DNA from: Syntrophaceae bacterium UBA4054
GTDB taxonomy: Bacteria; Desulfobacterota; Syntrophia; Syntrophales; UBA4778
DNA: 64,000 nt
Direction: 5' to 3'
NCBI GenBank assembly: GCA_002383495.1
Contig: DFZO01000029.1
Span: 1,039-65,038, forward strand
Under the pieces are notes generated by a model that ran no database searches, was not told the origin of the DNA, and saw only the letters and a program-made list of their open reading frames with translations. Every line of letters begins with the position of its first letter. Position 1 is the first letter of the stretch. Positions 1-13,934 of this stretch are shown one piece after another. A program made the translations under genes and the position numbers.

Positions 1-2
1 GG

Positions 3-2471
<2,469 letters not shown>

Positions 2472-2479
2472 AGGGTGAG

Positions 2480-3898
2480 ATGAAACAACTGAACAAGCAC
2501 TTGATCATTGACGACGACAGTCCCCGGGAGTCCTGCGGTGTCTTCGGAATCTACGGACATGAAGATGCGGCGAAGCTGACCTACTTCGGTCTTTACGCCC
2601 TCCAGCACAGGGGGCAGGAGAGTGCCGGGATTGTCAGCTCAACGGGCAGGGAAGTCCATGAGTATAAACAGATGGGGCTGGTGACGGATGTTTTTAACGA
2701 AGGCATCCTGAACGGGCTTACCGGCGACATCGCCATGGGACATGTCCGCTATTCCACGACGGGGTCCTCCGTGTTAAAGAATGCCCAGCCCTTTGTGGTG
2801 CATCATGCGGGAAAGACTCTGGCCATCGGGCACAACGGGAATCTCATCAACGCTCACCGGCTCAGAAGTGAACTGGAAAAGGCGGGTTCCATCTTCCAGA
2901 CCACCATGGACAGCGAGATCATCATCCATCTGATTGCGCGGAACATCCGCAATGGGATGGAAGAGGCCCTCGTCAAGACCATGTCGGAAATCAAGGGGGC
3001 TTACTCCTGTGTCCTCATGACCGAGAATCAGTTGATCGCCATCCGGGATCCCAATGGCTGGCGTCCGCTCTGCCTGGGGAAGCTGAAGGATGCCTACGTC
3101 ATCGCCTCCGAGACCTGCGCTCTCGATCTGATCGACGCCGAATATATTCGGGACATCGACCCTGGCGAGATTGTCATCATCGACGGGACGGGATTGAAAT
3201 CCCTCAAGCCTTTTTCCGAGAGGCAGAAGAGTCACTGTATCTTCGAATTCATTTATTTCGCCCGTCCGGACAGCAATATCTTCGGCAAGAATGTCTATGC
3301 CGTCCGCAAAAAGCTTGGAAAACGCCTGGCGGAGGAATATCCCGTGCAGGCCGATTTTGCCATGCCCCTGCCAGACTCCGGGAGCTATGCCGCCATCGGG
3401 TATTGTCAGGCCTCCGGTATTCCCATGGAGATGGGGGTCATCCGGAATCATTATGTGGGGCGAACCTTTATCCAGCCCTCCCAGTCCATGAGAGACTTCG
3501 GCGTGAAGGTGAAGCTGAACCCCGTCCGGGGCCTCCTGAAGGATAAGAAGGTTGTGATCGTCGAAGACTCGATCATCCGGGGCACGACGAGCCGGATGCG
3601 GATCAAAACGCTGCGGAAGGCCGGCGCCGAAAAAATTCACATGATGGTGAGCTGTCCTCCGCACCGGTTTCCCTGTTTTTACGGGATTGATTTCTCCACC
3701 AAGGGAGAACTCATTGCCTGCGAGCACACCGTGGATGAGATTCGAAACTACATCGGGGCGGACAGTCTCTGTTACTTGAGCATGCAGGGCATGCTCGAAG
3801 CGACGGGCCTGCCGGCGGATCGTTTTTGTCTGGCCTGTTTTAACGGCCGTTATCCCATCGAACCCGAAGATGATTTTTCAAAACACTGTCTTGAGTGA
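2480..3898 (+). CDS. purF: amidophosphoribosyltransferase
   Basis: 472 aa. N-terminal nucleophile Cys (ESCGVFGIYGH), class-II amidotransferase domain, PRPP loop VVIVEDSIIRGTT. Starts 9 nt after the carB stop. Confidence 0.95.
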   Translation: MKQLNKHLIIDDDSPRESCGVFGIYGHEDAAKLTYFGLYALQHRGQESAGIVSSTGREVHEYKQMGLVTDVFNEGILNGLTGDIAMGHVRYSTTGSSVLKNAQPFVVHHAGKTLAIGHNGNLINAHRLRSELEKAGSIFQTTMDSEIIIHLIARNIRNGMEEALVKTMSEIKGAYSCVLMTENQLIAIRDPNGWRPLCLGKLKDAYVIASETCALDLIDAEYIRDIDPGEIVIIDGTGLKSLKPFSERQKSHCIFEFIYFARPDSNIFGKNVYAVRKKLGKRLAEEYPVQADFAMPLPDSGSYAAIGYCQASGIPMEMGVIRNHYVGRTFIQPSQSMRDFGVKVKLNPVRGLLKDKKVVIVEDSIIRGTTSRMRIKTLRKAGAEKIHMMVSCPPHRFPCFYGIDFSTKGELIACEHTVDEIRNYIGADSLCYLSMQGMLEATGLPADRFCLACFNGRYPIEPEDDFSKHCLE

Positions 3899-3918
3899 AG
3901 GGAAAGGTCATTGCTGCC

Positions 3919-5448
3919 ATGCCGACGAAGGACATCGAAGAACTGAAACTCCTTTATGAGATCAGCCGGGCGCTCAGTGAAAGCCTCGATCTGAAGGCGA
4001 CGCTCTACAACGTCCTGGACATCCTCTCCACGTCCATGGGCATGATGCGCGGAACCATTACGATCCTGAATCCCCTGCGAAACGAGATCAGCATCGAAGT
4101 GGCCCATGGCCTGTCCCGGGGCGCCATCGAGAGAGGGAAGTACAAGGTGGGCGAGGGGATCACCGGCAGGGTCATCGAAACGGGAACCTCCTTTGTGGTC
4201 CCGAAAATCGGCGAGGAACCTCTCTTTCTGAACCGCACGGCCACAAGGAGATCGGAGGCGAACAAAGAGCTTTCGTTTATATGTGTGCCCGTCAAGAAAG
4301 GGACCCAGGTCGTGGGGGCCCTGAGCGTGGACCGACTCCATGATGCCGCCTATGATCTGGCCGAGGGTGAACGGCTGCTTTCCATCATCGCGGCGATCAT
4401 CGCCCAGCAGGTCATCAATCTTGAGACGATTTATCTGGAACAGGAGCAATTGCGGCAGGAAAACCAGAGGCTCAGGGTGGAACTTGCCGACAAATACCGC
4501 ATCACGAACATCGTGGGCAGCAGCGGCAAGATGAAGGAAGTCTTTCAGATGATCACCCAGGTCTCCCGGAGCAACGCCACGGTATTGATCCGTGGGGAAA
4601 GCGGCACGGGAAAGGAGCTGGTGGCGAGCGCCATCCACTACGCGAGCGCCCGGGCCAAAAACCCCTTCGTGAAGGTGAACTGCGCCGCCATGCCGATGAA
4701 CCTGATCGAAAGCGAGATGTTCGGCCACGAGAAGGGGGCCTTTACGGGGGCCATCCGCCAGAAGGCGGGAAAATTCGAACTGTCGAACAAGGGAACGATT
4801 TTCCTGGACGAGATCGGCGCCATCAGCCTTGAAGTCCAGGTCAAACTGCTCCGGGTCATCCAGGAAAGGGAGTTTGAGCGCGTGGGCGGGACGCATACGA
4901 TCAAATCCGACGTCCGGATCATGGCGGCTACGAACAAGAACCTGGAGGAAGCCGTCGAGAAAGGCGAATTCCGTGACGACCTCTATTACAGGCTAAACGT
5001 CTTTCCCATTTATATGCCGCCCCTCCGGGAACGGAAAACGGACATTCTCCTTCTGGCCGATTTTTTCCTGGAAAAGTATGCTACGGCGAACCAGAAAGAC
5101 ATTCGCAGTTTCTCAAAGACAACCATCGACATGCTCATGCAGTACCATTGGCCCGGCAATGTGAGGGAACTGGAGAATTGCATCGAAAGAGCCGTGCTCC
5201 TCTGTGAAGAGAATGTGATTCAGACCTATCACCTGCCCCCTTCCCTCCAGGCGGTGAAGGCGGCGGACCTCGCGCCCGGAAGCTCCCTGGAGGGCGCCGT
5301 GGAGGTACTGGAACGGGATCGGATGATCGAAACGCTGAAAAGCACACGGGGCAACATGGCCAAGGCCTCGAAACTGCTCGGCCTTACGGAAAGAAAATTT
5401 GCCTACAAGGCGAAGAGGTACGGAATCGATTTTCACTGGTACAGGTGA
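3919..5448 (+). CDS. sigma-54-dependent transcriptional activator with N-terminal GAF domain
   Basis: GAF-like sensor, AAA+ domain with Walker A GESGTGKE and GAFTGA loop (EKGAFTGA), C-terminal Fis-type HTH (GNMAKASKLLGLTERKFAYKAKRYG). ATG 3919 is preceded by GGGAAAGG. The ORF-track start, GTG 3895, overlaps the purF stop and is an alternative. Confidence 0.9.
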   Translation: MPTKDIEELKLLYEISRALSESLDLKATLYNVLDILSTSMGMMRGTITILNPLRNEISIEVAHGLSRGAIERGKYKVGEGITGRVIETGTSFVVPKIGEEPLFLNRTATRRSEANKELSFICVPVKKGTQVVGALSVDRLHDAAYDLAEGERLLSIIAAIIAQQVINLETIYLEQEQLRQENQRLRVELADKYRITNIVGSSGKMKEVFQMITQVSRSNATVLIRGESGTGKELVASAIHYASARAKNPFVKVNCAAMPMNLIESEMFGHEKGAFTGAIRQKAGKFELSNKGTIFLDEIGAISLEVQVKLLRVIQEREFERVGGTHTIKSDVRIMAATNKNLEEAVEKGEFRDDLYYRLNVFPIYMPPLRERKTDILLLADFFLEKYATANQKDIRSFSKTTIDMLMQYHWPGNVRELENCIERAVLLCEENVIQTYHLPPSLQAVKAADLAPGSSLEGAVEVLERDRMIETLKSTRGNMAKASKLLGLTERKFAYKAKRYGIDFHWYR

Positions 5449-5457
5449 GGCAGACGC

Positions 5458-5488
5458 GAGGCGAAGGGCACAGGGCGAAAGGTAAAAG
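5458..5488 (+). repeat. 7-nt periodic array (GAGGCGA AGGGCAC AGGGCGA AAGGTAA)
   Basis: Four heptamer units of the AAGGGCN type begin 10 nt after the activator stop codon. Confidence 0.6.
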
Positions 5489-5503
5489 ATGAATCCTTGG
5501 GTA

Positions 5504-5532
5504 GGGGAGCGTTTACGCTCCCCTCATTTTTT
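5504..5532 (+). terminator. rho-independent terminator after the sigma-54 activator gene
   Basis: Perfect 8-bp stem GGGGAGCG / CGCTCCCC with loop TTTA, then TCATTTTTT. It is followed by GAACAGCCTG, which resembles the MITE terminal repeat. Confidence 0.75.
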
Positions 5533-5594
5533 GAACAGCCTGAAGGATAGAGTGTTTTTAAACATGCTCTTGATTTAGAGAGGCGCAAAAAAGA

Positions 5595-5630
5595 GGGCCG
5601 GAACGATTAAGTTCCGGCCCTTCTGTTTTT
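5595..5630. terminator. bidirectional rho-independent terminator (serves atpB on the minus strand)
   Basis: 10-bp stem GGGCCGGAAC / GTTCCGGCCC with loop GATTAA. A T-run lies on the plus side (TTCTGTTTTT) and an A-run upstream gives TCTTTTTT on the minus strand, about 20 nt after the atpB stop. Confidence 0.75.
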
Positions 5631-5649
5631 GATTTCGCTTAAATTCTGA

Positions 5650-6303
5650 TTAGTGGTGTTCCTCCATGGCCCCGGCGATGTACATCATGGAAAGGAGCAC
5701 GAAAACGAGGGTCTGGATGATGGAGATGAAAATCTTGAGAATCAGGATGGGCAGCGGCACAAGGAGGGGAACAAGGATGAAGAGCACTGCCAGAACGATG
5801 TGGCCGCCCTGAATGTTTCCAAAGAGCCGCACGGAGAGGGAAAGAGGTCTTGACAGATGGCTCACGATTTCGATGGGCATCATGAGCGGCGTGAGCCACC
5901 ACACGGGCCCCATGAACTGCTTGAGATACTTGGCGCCGTGGATTTTAACCCCCACGATGTGGGTCATGAAGAAGACGCAGAGGGCCATGGAGACCGTCGT
6001 GTTCAGATTGGACGTGGGCGATTCGAATCCCGGGATGAGACCGATGAGGTTTGATGTCAGAATAAAGAGTCCCAGCGTGGCGATGAGCGGGAAATACGTC
6101 TTGCCGTGAGGCCCCATGGTTTCGATGAGAAGATTATCCAGGGCGCCGATGACAACCTCCATCACATTCTGAACCTTGTTGGGGTAGATGTCCATCCGGC
6201 GGGTCGCAACAAAAGAGATGACCGCAAGAAGGATCATCGTGAACCAGGTGTAGGTTACATGAGCCGGGAAGGGTATCCACTGAAGATATAAAAAAGAATG
6301 CAT
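5650..6303 (-). CDS. atpB: F0F1 ATP synthase subunit a
   Basis: 217 aa polytopic membrane protein with the conserved Arg motif ([15 protein letters not shown]) and a typical C-terminal helix hairpin. Confidence 0.93.
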   Translation of the reverse strand: MHSFLYLQWIPFPAHVTYTWFTMILLAVISFVATRRMDIYPNKVQNVMEVVIGALDNLLIETMGPHGKTYFPLIATLGLFILTSNLIGLIPGFESPTSNLNTTVSMALCVFFMTHIVGVKIHGAKYLKQFMGPVWWLTPLMMPIEIVSHLSRPLSLSVRLFGNIQGGHIVLAVLFILVPLLVPLPILILKIFISIIQTLVFVLLSMMYIAGAMEEHH

Positions 6304-6308
6304 CTCTG

Positions 6309-6710
6309 TTACTTAACCTCCTTGGTCTTCAGGATAGTGTCTTTTGAAACTTCAAGCACCGCCGAAACGATGATGTTGATCACCACAACGGAAAGACCCA
6401 AGAGCAGGCCGATCACATCGGCAGGCGTTTGAGTGATTACGAAATAAAGCACAATGCCCGTCAGGGCGAAACGGATATAATATTTGACCATGACGGTGGT
6501 TTTTGTGCTGTCGGAGAGCTGCTGGAAGGCCTTTCGCAGGCTGAGATAAAGCCAATAGTAATTCGCGATGCTGATCAGGCCGCCGAACAGGACACCGAGA
6601 GTGAAATTCAGGGACATGAAGATGTGGCTGAGGATGAGCAATACCCCGAGCCCGATCCAGTTCCTCAGTTCAAGCTTTTTTTGGAGGGGGTCTTTTTCTG
6701 TGGGGTTCAA
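6309..6710 (-). CDS. atpI: ATP synthase protein I-like small membrane protein
   Basis: 133 aa, about 4 TM helices, directly upstream of atpB. Position and size are typical of AtpI. No strong motif is checkable by eye. Confidence 0.6.
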   Translation of the reverse strand: MNPTEKDPLQKKLELRNWIGLGVLLILSHIFMSLNFTLGVLFGGLISIANYYWLYLSLRKAFQQLSDSTKTTVMVKYYIRFALTGIVLYFVITQTPADVIGLLLGLSVVVINIIVSAVLEVSKDTILKTKEVK

Positions 6711-6957
6711 TCTTTATGCGCCTTTGAACGTCCTCCCCCTCGTCGGGGAAGTTTTTCTTAATGATAACATATATGTTTTGTAACCCTACGGCTATTCCGA
6801 CAATGAAAAAGAGCAGGGTAAGCTTGTTTCCCGTTCCGAACTTCCGGTCCAGCCATGTCCCGATGAGAAGACTGCCGAAGATGGCAAGAACCATCGCAAA
6901 TCCGACACTGCTGGCATAGGTCAATTGTATCAGATAGTTCTTTGTGTCCTTCTCCAT
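6670..6957 (-). CDS. AtpZ/AtpI-family small membrane protein
   Basis: 95 aa from ATG 6957 (MEKDTKNYLIQLTYASSVGFAMV...), two TM helices, basic tail. It is the first gene of the atpZ-atpI-atpB arrangement. The longer ORF-track start at 6996 would overlap a TATAAT box. Confidence 0.55.
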   Translation of the reverse strand: MEKDTKNYLIQLTYASSVGFAMVLAIFGSLLIGTWLDRKFGTGNKLTLLFFIVGIAVGLQNIYVIIKKNFPDEGEDVQRRIKIEPHRKRPPPKKA

Positions 6958-7000
6958 GGACGCGCGCCTTTTAGCATAAAGTACCGGTAATGTCAATTAT

Positions 7001-9046
<2,046 letters not shown>

Positions 9047-9063
9047 TCCATCTCCTTTTCCTG

Positions 9064-9094
9064 GCTGTCAGCGTTCAGCTGTCAGCCGTCAGCT
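9064..9094. repeat. heptamer array GCTGTCA GCGTTCA GCTGTCA GCCGTCA
   Basis: Four units lie between the dehydrogenase stop and the gmd start. The minus-strand reading gives TGA every 7 nt, so stops fall in all three frames. It belongs to the same family as 34119-34136. Confidence 0.65.
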
Positions 9095-9107
9095 ATGAAC
9101 TTCTTTT

Positions 9108-10427
9108 TCAGAGCCTCCAGTAGCGAATCCCCATGTCTTTTGCTTCTTCGGGATGGAACATTCCCTTTATGTCGATCACAAGCGGCACCCCGTCCTCGCA
9201 GAACCCCGCGATCTTTTTGAGACCCAGCTTCCGGTATTCGTCGTGCGCCACGGCGACGATAACGGCGTGAACGTTTCTCAGGCTGTGCAGAGTCTCGAGC
9301 TTTATGCCGTAGTATTCTCCGGCATCCCGTGCATTCGCGAGGGGATCATGAACGAGGACCTCGAGACCGTAGTCTTCAAGTTCCCTGACGATATCGATGA
9401 CTCTCGTGTTGCGCAGGTCGGGAATGTTTTCCTTGAAGGTCAGGCCGAGCAGGGCCACCCTGCACTTGCGGACGGGTTTATCCGCTGAGATGAGCATCTT
9501 GATGGTTTTTTCCGCCACGTATTTGCCCATGCCGTCATTGATGCGCCGTCCTGCCAGGATCATTTCCGGGTGATATCCCGCCATCTCCGCCTTGAAGGTC
9601 AGATAATAGGGATCCACGCCGATGCAGTGTCCGCCCACAAGTCCGGGACGGAAAGGCAGGAAATTCCATTTGGTCCCCGCCGTTTCCAGAACCTCTGACG
9701 TGTCAATGCCGAGCCGGTTGAAGATGATGGAAAGCTCATTCATCAGGGCGATGTTGAGATCTCTCTGGGTGTTTTCAATGACCTTGGCTGCTTCGGCGAC
9801 CTGGATCGAGGATGCCCGATGGATTCCAGCCTTCACGATTTTCCCGTAGACCCCGGCCAGGAGATCCAGCGTTTCATCATCCGACGCGGAAATGACCTTG
9901 GTGATGTTTTCCAGCGTATGGGTCCTGTCGCCGGGATTGATCCTCTCGGGGGAATATCCCACCGTGAAATCCCTTCCGAGCTTCAGTCCCGACTCGCTCT
10001 CGAGAATGGGGACGCAGATTTCTTCCGTGACGCCGGGGTAAACGGTTGATTCAAAGACGACACAGGAGCCTCGCGAGAGACGCCGGCCGATGGCGGCGGC
10101 GGCCTTCCGGATGTGGCTGAGATCGGGGATCCGGGATTCATCAATCGGGGTCGGAACCGTCACGATAATCAACCGGCACGCGGTTACGTCCGCGGCATTG
10201 GAGCTCCATTCGATGGCCGACTTCCTGAGGTCCCGGTCCGGGACCTCGCGGGTCTTATCATGCCCCTGCTTCAACTCGGCGATCCTCTTTTTCTGAATAT
10301 CGTATCCGACGACGGAGAAGTGCCGAGAAAGCTGCACGGCCAGCGGCAGCCCCACGTATCCCAGTCCGACGACGGCGATTTTTTCTTTCTTTTTTTTGAG
10401 AGAATCCAGGGTGATTTTGCTTTTCAT
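9108..10427 (-). CDS. nucleotide-sugar dehydrogenase (UDP-glucose/GDP-mannose dehydrogenase family, TviB/WbpO-like)
   Basis: KIAVVGLGYVGLPLA NAD-binding fold and catalytic Cys region (GLVGGHCIGVDPYY). ATG 10427 is preceded by AAAGGAA. The ORF-track GTG 10496 overlaps the hemL stop and is an alternative. Confidence 0.82.
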   Translation of the reverse strand: MKSKITLDSLKKKKEKIAVVGLGYVGLPLAVQLSRHFSVVGYDIQKKRIAELKQGHDKTREVPDRDLRKSAIEWSSNAADVTACRLIIVTVPTPIDESRIPDLSHIRKAAAAIGRRLSRGSCVVFESTVYPGVTEEICVPILESESGLKLGRDFTVGYSPERINPGDRTHTLENITKVISASDDETLDLLAGVYGKIVKAGIHRASSIQVAEAAKVIENTQRDLNIALMNELSIIFNRLGIDTSEVLETAGTKWNFLPFRPGLVGGHCIGVDPYYLTFKAEMAGYHPEMILAGRRINDGMGKYVAEKTIKMLISADKPVRKCRVALLGLTFKENIPDLRNTRVIDIVRELEDYGLEVLVHDPLANARDAGEYYGIKLETLHSLRNVHAVIVAVAHDEYRKLGLKKIAGFCEDGVPLVIDIKGMFHPEEAKDMGIRYWRL

Positions 10428-10492
10428 GCGGTTCCTTTGCCCTCTAGTTATTGTTTTTTCCATGCCTTCTCGAATGAGCCGTGACCGATCAT

Positions 10493-11773
10493 TCACATAT
10501 TCTCCAGCGCCCGTGAACAGGCGTCAAGGGTTTTCTCGAAATCCTCGTCCGTATGCGCGATGGAGACAAAAGCGGCCTCGAACTGGGAGGGTGCGATGCT
10601 GATGCCGCATTTGAGCATTTCCGTGAAGTAACGGGCAAAGAGCCGGGCATCGCTCCTTGAGGCGGAGTCGTAGTCGAAAACCCGCTCCGCCGTGAAAAAG
10701 AAGGTAAACATGGAACCTTCCCTGTTCAGGGTCACGGGGAGACCTTTTTTGATGAAGAGCTTTTTCATTGCCTCGCAGAGCCTGGAAGTGCGGCCATCCA
10801 GACTTTCATAGAAGTTTCCGTCCCTGAGAATCTTCAGCGTGGCGACACCGGCGGCCATGGCAAGGGGGTTGCCTGATAGCGTTCCCGCCTGATAGACGGG
10901 CCCGAGAGGGGCGAGTCTCTCCATGATATCCCTCCGTCCCCCGAAGGCGCCTATGGGAAGACCTCCGCCGATGATCTTTCCGAGACACGTGATGTCCGGT
11001 TCAATGCCCTTTAGCTTCTGGTAGCCGCCGTACGTCAGTCTGAATCCCGTGATCACCTCGTCGAAGATCAGGAGGATGCCCCGCTCACGGGTGATCTCCC
11101 TCAGACCCTCAAGAAAGCGGGGCAGGGGTGAGACGACACCCATGTTTCCGGCCACCGGTTCCACGATAACGCAGGCGACGTCGCCGTCGTATCGGTCAAC
11201 GGCTGCGCGGAAGGCTTCCAGGTTATTGAATGGAAGCGTGATGGTCAGCTCCGCGAGCCCTCGGGGTATTCCCGGGCTTCCCGGTATGCCTAGCGTCGCG
11301 ACACCGGAGCCGGCCTTGACGAGAAGGGAATCGGCGTGGCCGTGATAGCATCCGTCGAACTTGATGATTTTCTCCCGGCCGGTGAAACCGCGGGCCAGAC
11401 GGATGGCGCTCATGGCGGCTTCGGTGCCCGAACTGACCATCCTCACCATATCCATGGACGGGATGGCCTGGACAATCATCCGGGCCATTTCGATTTCCAT
11501 CTCCGTGGGCGCCCCGTAACTCGTCCCTTTTTCAGCCGCCTTCCGGATCGCCTCTATCACGCCGGGATGAGCGTGTCCGAGGATCATGGGACCCCAGGAG
11601 GCGACATAGTCGATGTACTCCCTTCCCCCGGCATCGAAAACCTTTGAGCCCGCTGCCCTGCTGATGAAAATGGGGGTTGAGTTCACGGCCTTGAAAGCCC
11701 GCACCGGGCTGTTCACTCCGCCGGGAATAAACACCTTCGCCTCCTCAAAAAGCCCCCTGTTCTTATCCGCCAT
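10493..11773 (-). CDS. hemL: glutamate-1-semialdehyde 2,1-aminomutase
   Basis: 426 aa class-III aminotransferase. PLP-lysine context [19 protein letters not shown]. Typical HemL N-terminus ([20 protein letters not shown]). Confidence 0.95.
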   Translation of the reverse strand: MADKNRGLFEEAKVFIPGGVNSPVRAFKAVNSTPIFISRAAGSKVFDAGGREYIDYVASWGPMILGHAHPGVIEAIRKAAEKGTSYGAPTEMEIEMARMIVQAIPSMDMVRMVSSGTEAAMSAIRLARGFTGREKIIKFDGCYHGHADSLLVKAGSGVATLGIPGSPGIPRGLAELTITLPFNNLEAFRAAVDRYDGDVACVIVEPVAGNMGVVSPLPRFLEGLREITRERGILLIFDEVITGFRLTYGGYQKLKGIEPDITCLGKIIGGGLPIGAFGGRRDIMERLAPLGPVYQAGTLSGNPLAMAAGVATLKILRDGNFYESLDGRTSRLCEAMKKLFIKKGLPVTLNREGSMFTFFFTAERVFDYDSASRSDARLFARYFTEMLKCGISIAPSQFEAAFVSIAHTDEDFEKTLDACSRALENM

Positions 11774-11796
11774 TTCCCGTCCTTTTTTCCGTCATT

Positions 11797-11832
11797 CCTT
11801 TTGCCCTTAGCCCTTTGCCCTTTGCCTTTTCC
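11797..11832. repeat. heptamer array (minus-strand reading GGAAAAG GCAAAGG GCAAAGG GCTAAGG GCAAAAG G)
   Basis: Five 7-nt units fill the spacer directly after the stop of the siroheme-decarboxylase-like gene. Confidence 0.6.
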
Positions 11833-12297
11833 TCAAAAGTACCCCATGCTCGTCTTCTTGAATTCCTTCAGGCTCTCGAGGATCCTGTAATCTTTTATCC
11901 CCGCCGCCAGAGCAAGTTTACGGGTTCCCCCCTCCATGTCTTGATCCCGGAAATGAACCATGGTGAAAAGGTTGTATCTTCCTTTAAAGGCGGGCGTTCT
12001 TTCGTAGCAGTGCGTGACCTCTTTGAAGGAGGACAGAATCTGTCCCGTCTTTTCTGCTTCTTCATCGGGTACGGCCCAGATGACCATGGCGTTCCGGCTG
12101 AAACCGGCTTTCTGGTGCTTCAGGATAGCGCCAAACTTGCGGATCGTCCCTTCCTTCAAAAGCCTTTGAACCGTCCCGATCACTTTCTTTTCATCCAGCC
12201 CGATCTTTTCTCCCAGAGACCTGTACGGTCTTTCCGCAAGGGGGATGTCGCCCTGGACGGCTTTTCCAATCTTCTTATCAACCTTTTCCATGATCAT
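11833..12297 (-). CDS. Lrp/AsnC-like siroheme decarboxylase subunit (AhbA/AhbB / NirDLGH family)
   Basis: 154 aa from ATG 12297 (MIMEKVDKKIGKAVQGDIPLAERPYRSLGEKIGLDEKKVIGTVQRLLKEGTIRKFGAIL...). The HTH plus ligand-binding fold is typical of alternative heme biosynthesis proteins, and it is adjacent to hemL. The 77-aa upstream extension in the ORF track looks non-coding. Confidence 0.7.
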   Translation of the reverse strand: MIMEKVDKKIGKAVQGDIPLAERPYRSLGEKIGLDEKKVIGTVQRLLKEGTIRKFGAILKHQKAGFSRNAMVIWAVPDEEAEKTGQILSSFKEVTHCYERTPAFKGRYNLFTMVHFRDQDMEGGTRKLALAAGIKDYRILESLKEFKKTSMGYF

Positions 12298-12405
12298 CGT
12301 TGTATCTTTCTGCTTATTCGGGTGTAATCCAAAGTCCGTTTTTAACTTGCACCCTCGGCCCCTTGAATCCTCGAACCCTTTATACTTAACACAACCAAAT
12401 AATTC

Positions 12406-12434
12406 TTGACAATTTTTTTTCGTGCGGATAAAGA
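12406..12434 (+). promoter_or_regulatory. candidate sigma-70 promoter for atpE
   Basis: TTGACA (12406-12411), 17 nt, TAAAGA (12429-12434), about 150 nt upstream of atpE. Confidence 0.35.
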
Positions 12435-12581
12435 AAGCGCAGCATGTGTATTCCCTCCAATACTGAGGGGTTATATCCATAAACAGTCGAAGGGAGGTGA
12501 GGGAAAGGGGATAAATCGAATCAATCATCGCGGAGAGTTGTCAGAAGTCAACAGATAACAATAAAAGAAAGGATGGTAACG

Positions 12582-12962
12582 ATGGCAAAATTTGTAAAGA
12601 TGTTTGTGGCGTCTCTTTTCAGTCTCCTGGTTGTAACCCTTTTTGCCCCGCTGGCCATGGCCGCCCAGGCTGCCGGCGCCTCTGCGGGCACGGTTGATTA
12701 CACCAAGGCAATCGTTCTTGGATGCAGTTTGATCGCAGCCGGACTGGCGATGGGACTGGGAACGATCGGTACCGGTCTTGGAATGGGTCAGGCAACAAGC
12801 GGTAGCGCGAACGCTGTCGGCAGGAATCCTGAAGCGCAGGGCAAAATCATGCTGACCATGATGGTCGGTCTGGCCATGACGGAATCCGTCGCGATTTACG
12901 CGCTCGTCGTTTCACTCATTATCCTCTATGCCAACCCGCTGCTGAAGCTGATCGCCGGTTAA
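12582..12962 (+). CDS. atpE: F0F1 ATP synthase subunit c with N-terminal signal-peptide-like extension
   Basis: Gly-rich helix 1 ([13 protein letters not shown]), loop RNPE, carboxylate helix ([14 protein letters not shown]), LYANP C-terminus. ATG 12582 lies 9 nt after AAAGGA. About 40 extra N-terminal residues carry a hydrophobic core and AMAAQA. Confidence 0.9.
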   Translation: MAKFVKMFVASLFSLLVVTLFAPLAMAAQAAGASAGTVDYTKAIVLGCSLIAAGLAMGLGTIGTGLGMGQATSGSANAVGRNPEAQGKIMLTMMVGLAMTESVAIYALVVSLIILYANPLLKLIAG

Positions 12963-12983
12963 GTTTACGGCCTTATTTGAAAA

Positions 12984-13026
12984 GGGAGAAGAAGCGAACA
13001 ACAAAGGACTTCTTCTCCCTTTTTTT
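12984..13026. terminator. bidirectional rho-independent terminator (atpE / GGQ-protein gene)
   Basis: 11-bp perfect stem GGGAGAAGAAG / CTTCTTCTCCC followed by TTTTTTTAT. The reverse strand gives the stem followed by TTTTCAAAT. Confidence 0.8.
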
Positions 13027-13444
13027 ATTCCGTCTGGATAGAGGTTTTTGAGCGCAGGGCCTTCTTTTCGGATTGCAGGTGTTTTTCTTCCAGGATTTTT
13101 TCCTTCGCCCTCTTTGACCGCCGCCGTTTCTGGCGTCTTATCTTTTCAACCCTCTTTTTTTCCGCCTCGATCTTTCCTTTTTGTATCCGTTCAATCCGGT
13201 CCAGAAGAAGACGTCTGGCAAGAAAGCGGTTCACGGTCTGGGAGCGCGACTGCTGGCATTTCACAGAGAGTCCCGTGGGGACATGAACCAGATACACGCA
13301 GGACGAGGTTTTATTCACTTTCTGCCCGCCGGGGCCTGATGACCGGATAAAGCTTTCCCTCAGCTCATCCTCGGATACACCGAGACGCTTCATCCGCTCT
13401 TCCAGCGCTTTTTCTTTTTCCGGTGAGATATTGGGTGAAGGCAT
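13025..13444 (-). CDS. GGQ-domain (RF-1 family) protein, ArfB/ICT1-like ribosome-rescue factor candidate
   Basis: SGPGGQKVNKTSS motif followed by a release-factor domain-3-like segment (HVPTGLSVKCQQSRSQTVNR) and a long Lys/Arg-rich tail. Start moved to ATG 13444 to avoid overlap with the upstream gene. Confidence 0.65.
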   Translation of the reverse strand: MPSPNISPEKEKALEERMKRLGVSEDELRESFIRSSGPGGQKVNKTSSCVYLVHVPTGLSVKCQQSRSQTVNRFLARRLLLDRIERIQKGKIEAEKKRVEKIRRQKRRRSKRAKEKILEEKHLQSEKKALRSKTSIQTE

Positions 13445-13453
13445 GTGCAGCAG

Positions 13454-13483
13454 GCAAAAGGCTAAGGGCGAAAGGCAAAAGGC
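13454..13483. repeat. heptamer array CAAAAGG CTAAGGG CGAAAGG CAAAAGG
   Basis: Four units occupy the 43-nt spacer between the ACT-protein stop and the GGQ-protein start. Confidence 0.6.
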
Positions 13484-13487
13484 GCTC

Positions 13488-13916
13488 TCACAGCGTGTAC
13501 ACCTTGTCGCCGACAAAGTGAATCCAGTGCTCTTTGAGGATCCGGGTGGCTTCGTCGATCTTGTCGACGCCGAGAATAAGAATCGTTTCCCTGCCGAGCC
13601 GCTCGATGGTGGTGTAGATGTAGTGAATGTTCACATCGCCCATGCTCAGGGGCTTGACAATGGCGTTCATTCCCCCGGGATGGCAGGGAACCTCAACGGC
13701 AATGACCGGCGATACGTCATACTTGAAGTTGAAGCTCTCGAGGACGGTGACTGCTTTTTCGGGATCGTTGACGACCAGACGTACGGTGCTGTCCTCTTCG
13801 ATGCTGGCCGCCGCGATCGCCTTGGTGCTGATGCCCTCTTTATCCAGAATGTCCACCAGTCTCGCCAGCGAGCCGGGAACATTGTCCAGTTGAACGGATA
13901 TTTGCTTGACCGCCAT
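13488..13916 (-). CDS. ACT domain-containing protein
   Basis: 142 aa with two ACT-like beta-alpha-beta-beta-alpha-beta units (ISVQLDNVPGSLARLVDIL...). Encoded directly downstream of the oxidoreductase gamma subunit. Confidence 0.65.
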   Translation of the reverse strand: MAVKQISVQLDNVPGSLARLVDILDKEGISTKAIAAASIEEDSTVRLVVNDPEKAVTVLESFNFKYDVSPVIAVEVPCHPGGMNAIVKPLSMGDVNIHYIYTTIERLGRETILILGVDKIDEATRILKEHWIHFVGDKVYTL

Positions 13917-13934
13917 CGGTAGTGACTCCTCCTG

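Noticed and set aside
12582-12962. Possible Na+-binding signature (Q...ES...Y) in the ATP synthase c subunit.
   Set aside because: Helix 2 has E-S and a Tyr at +5, as in Ilyobacter tartaricus. However, aligning on the GxGxGxG motif and the RxPE loop places Met at the Q32-equivalent position, and the Gln sits two residues later at the Y34 equivalent. The motif is incomplete, so a proton-coupled enzyme is the default.
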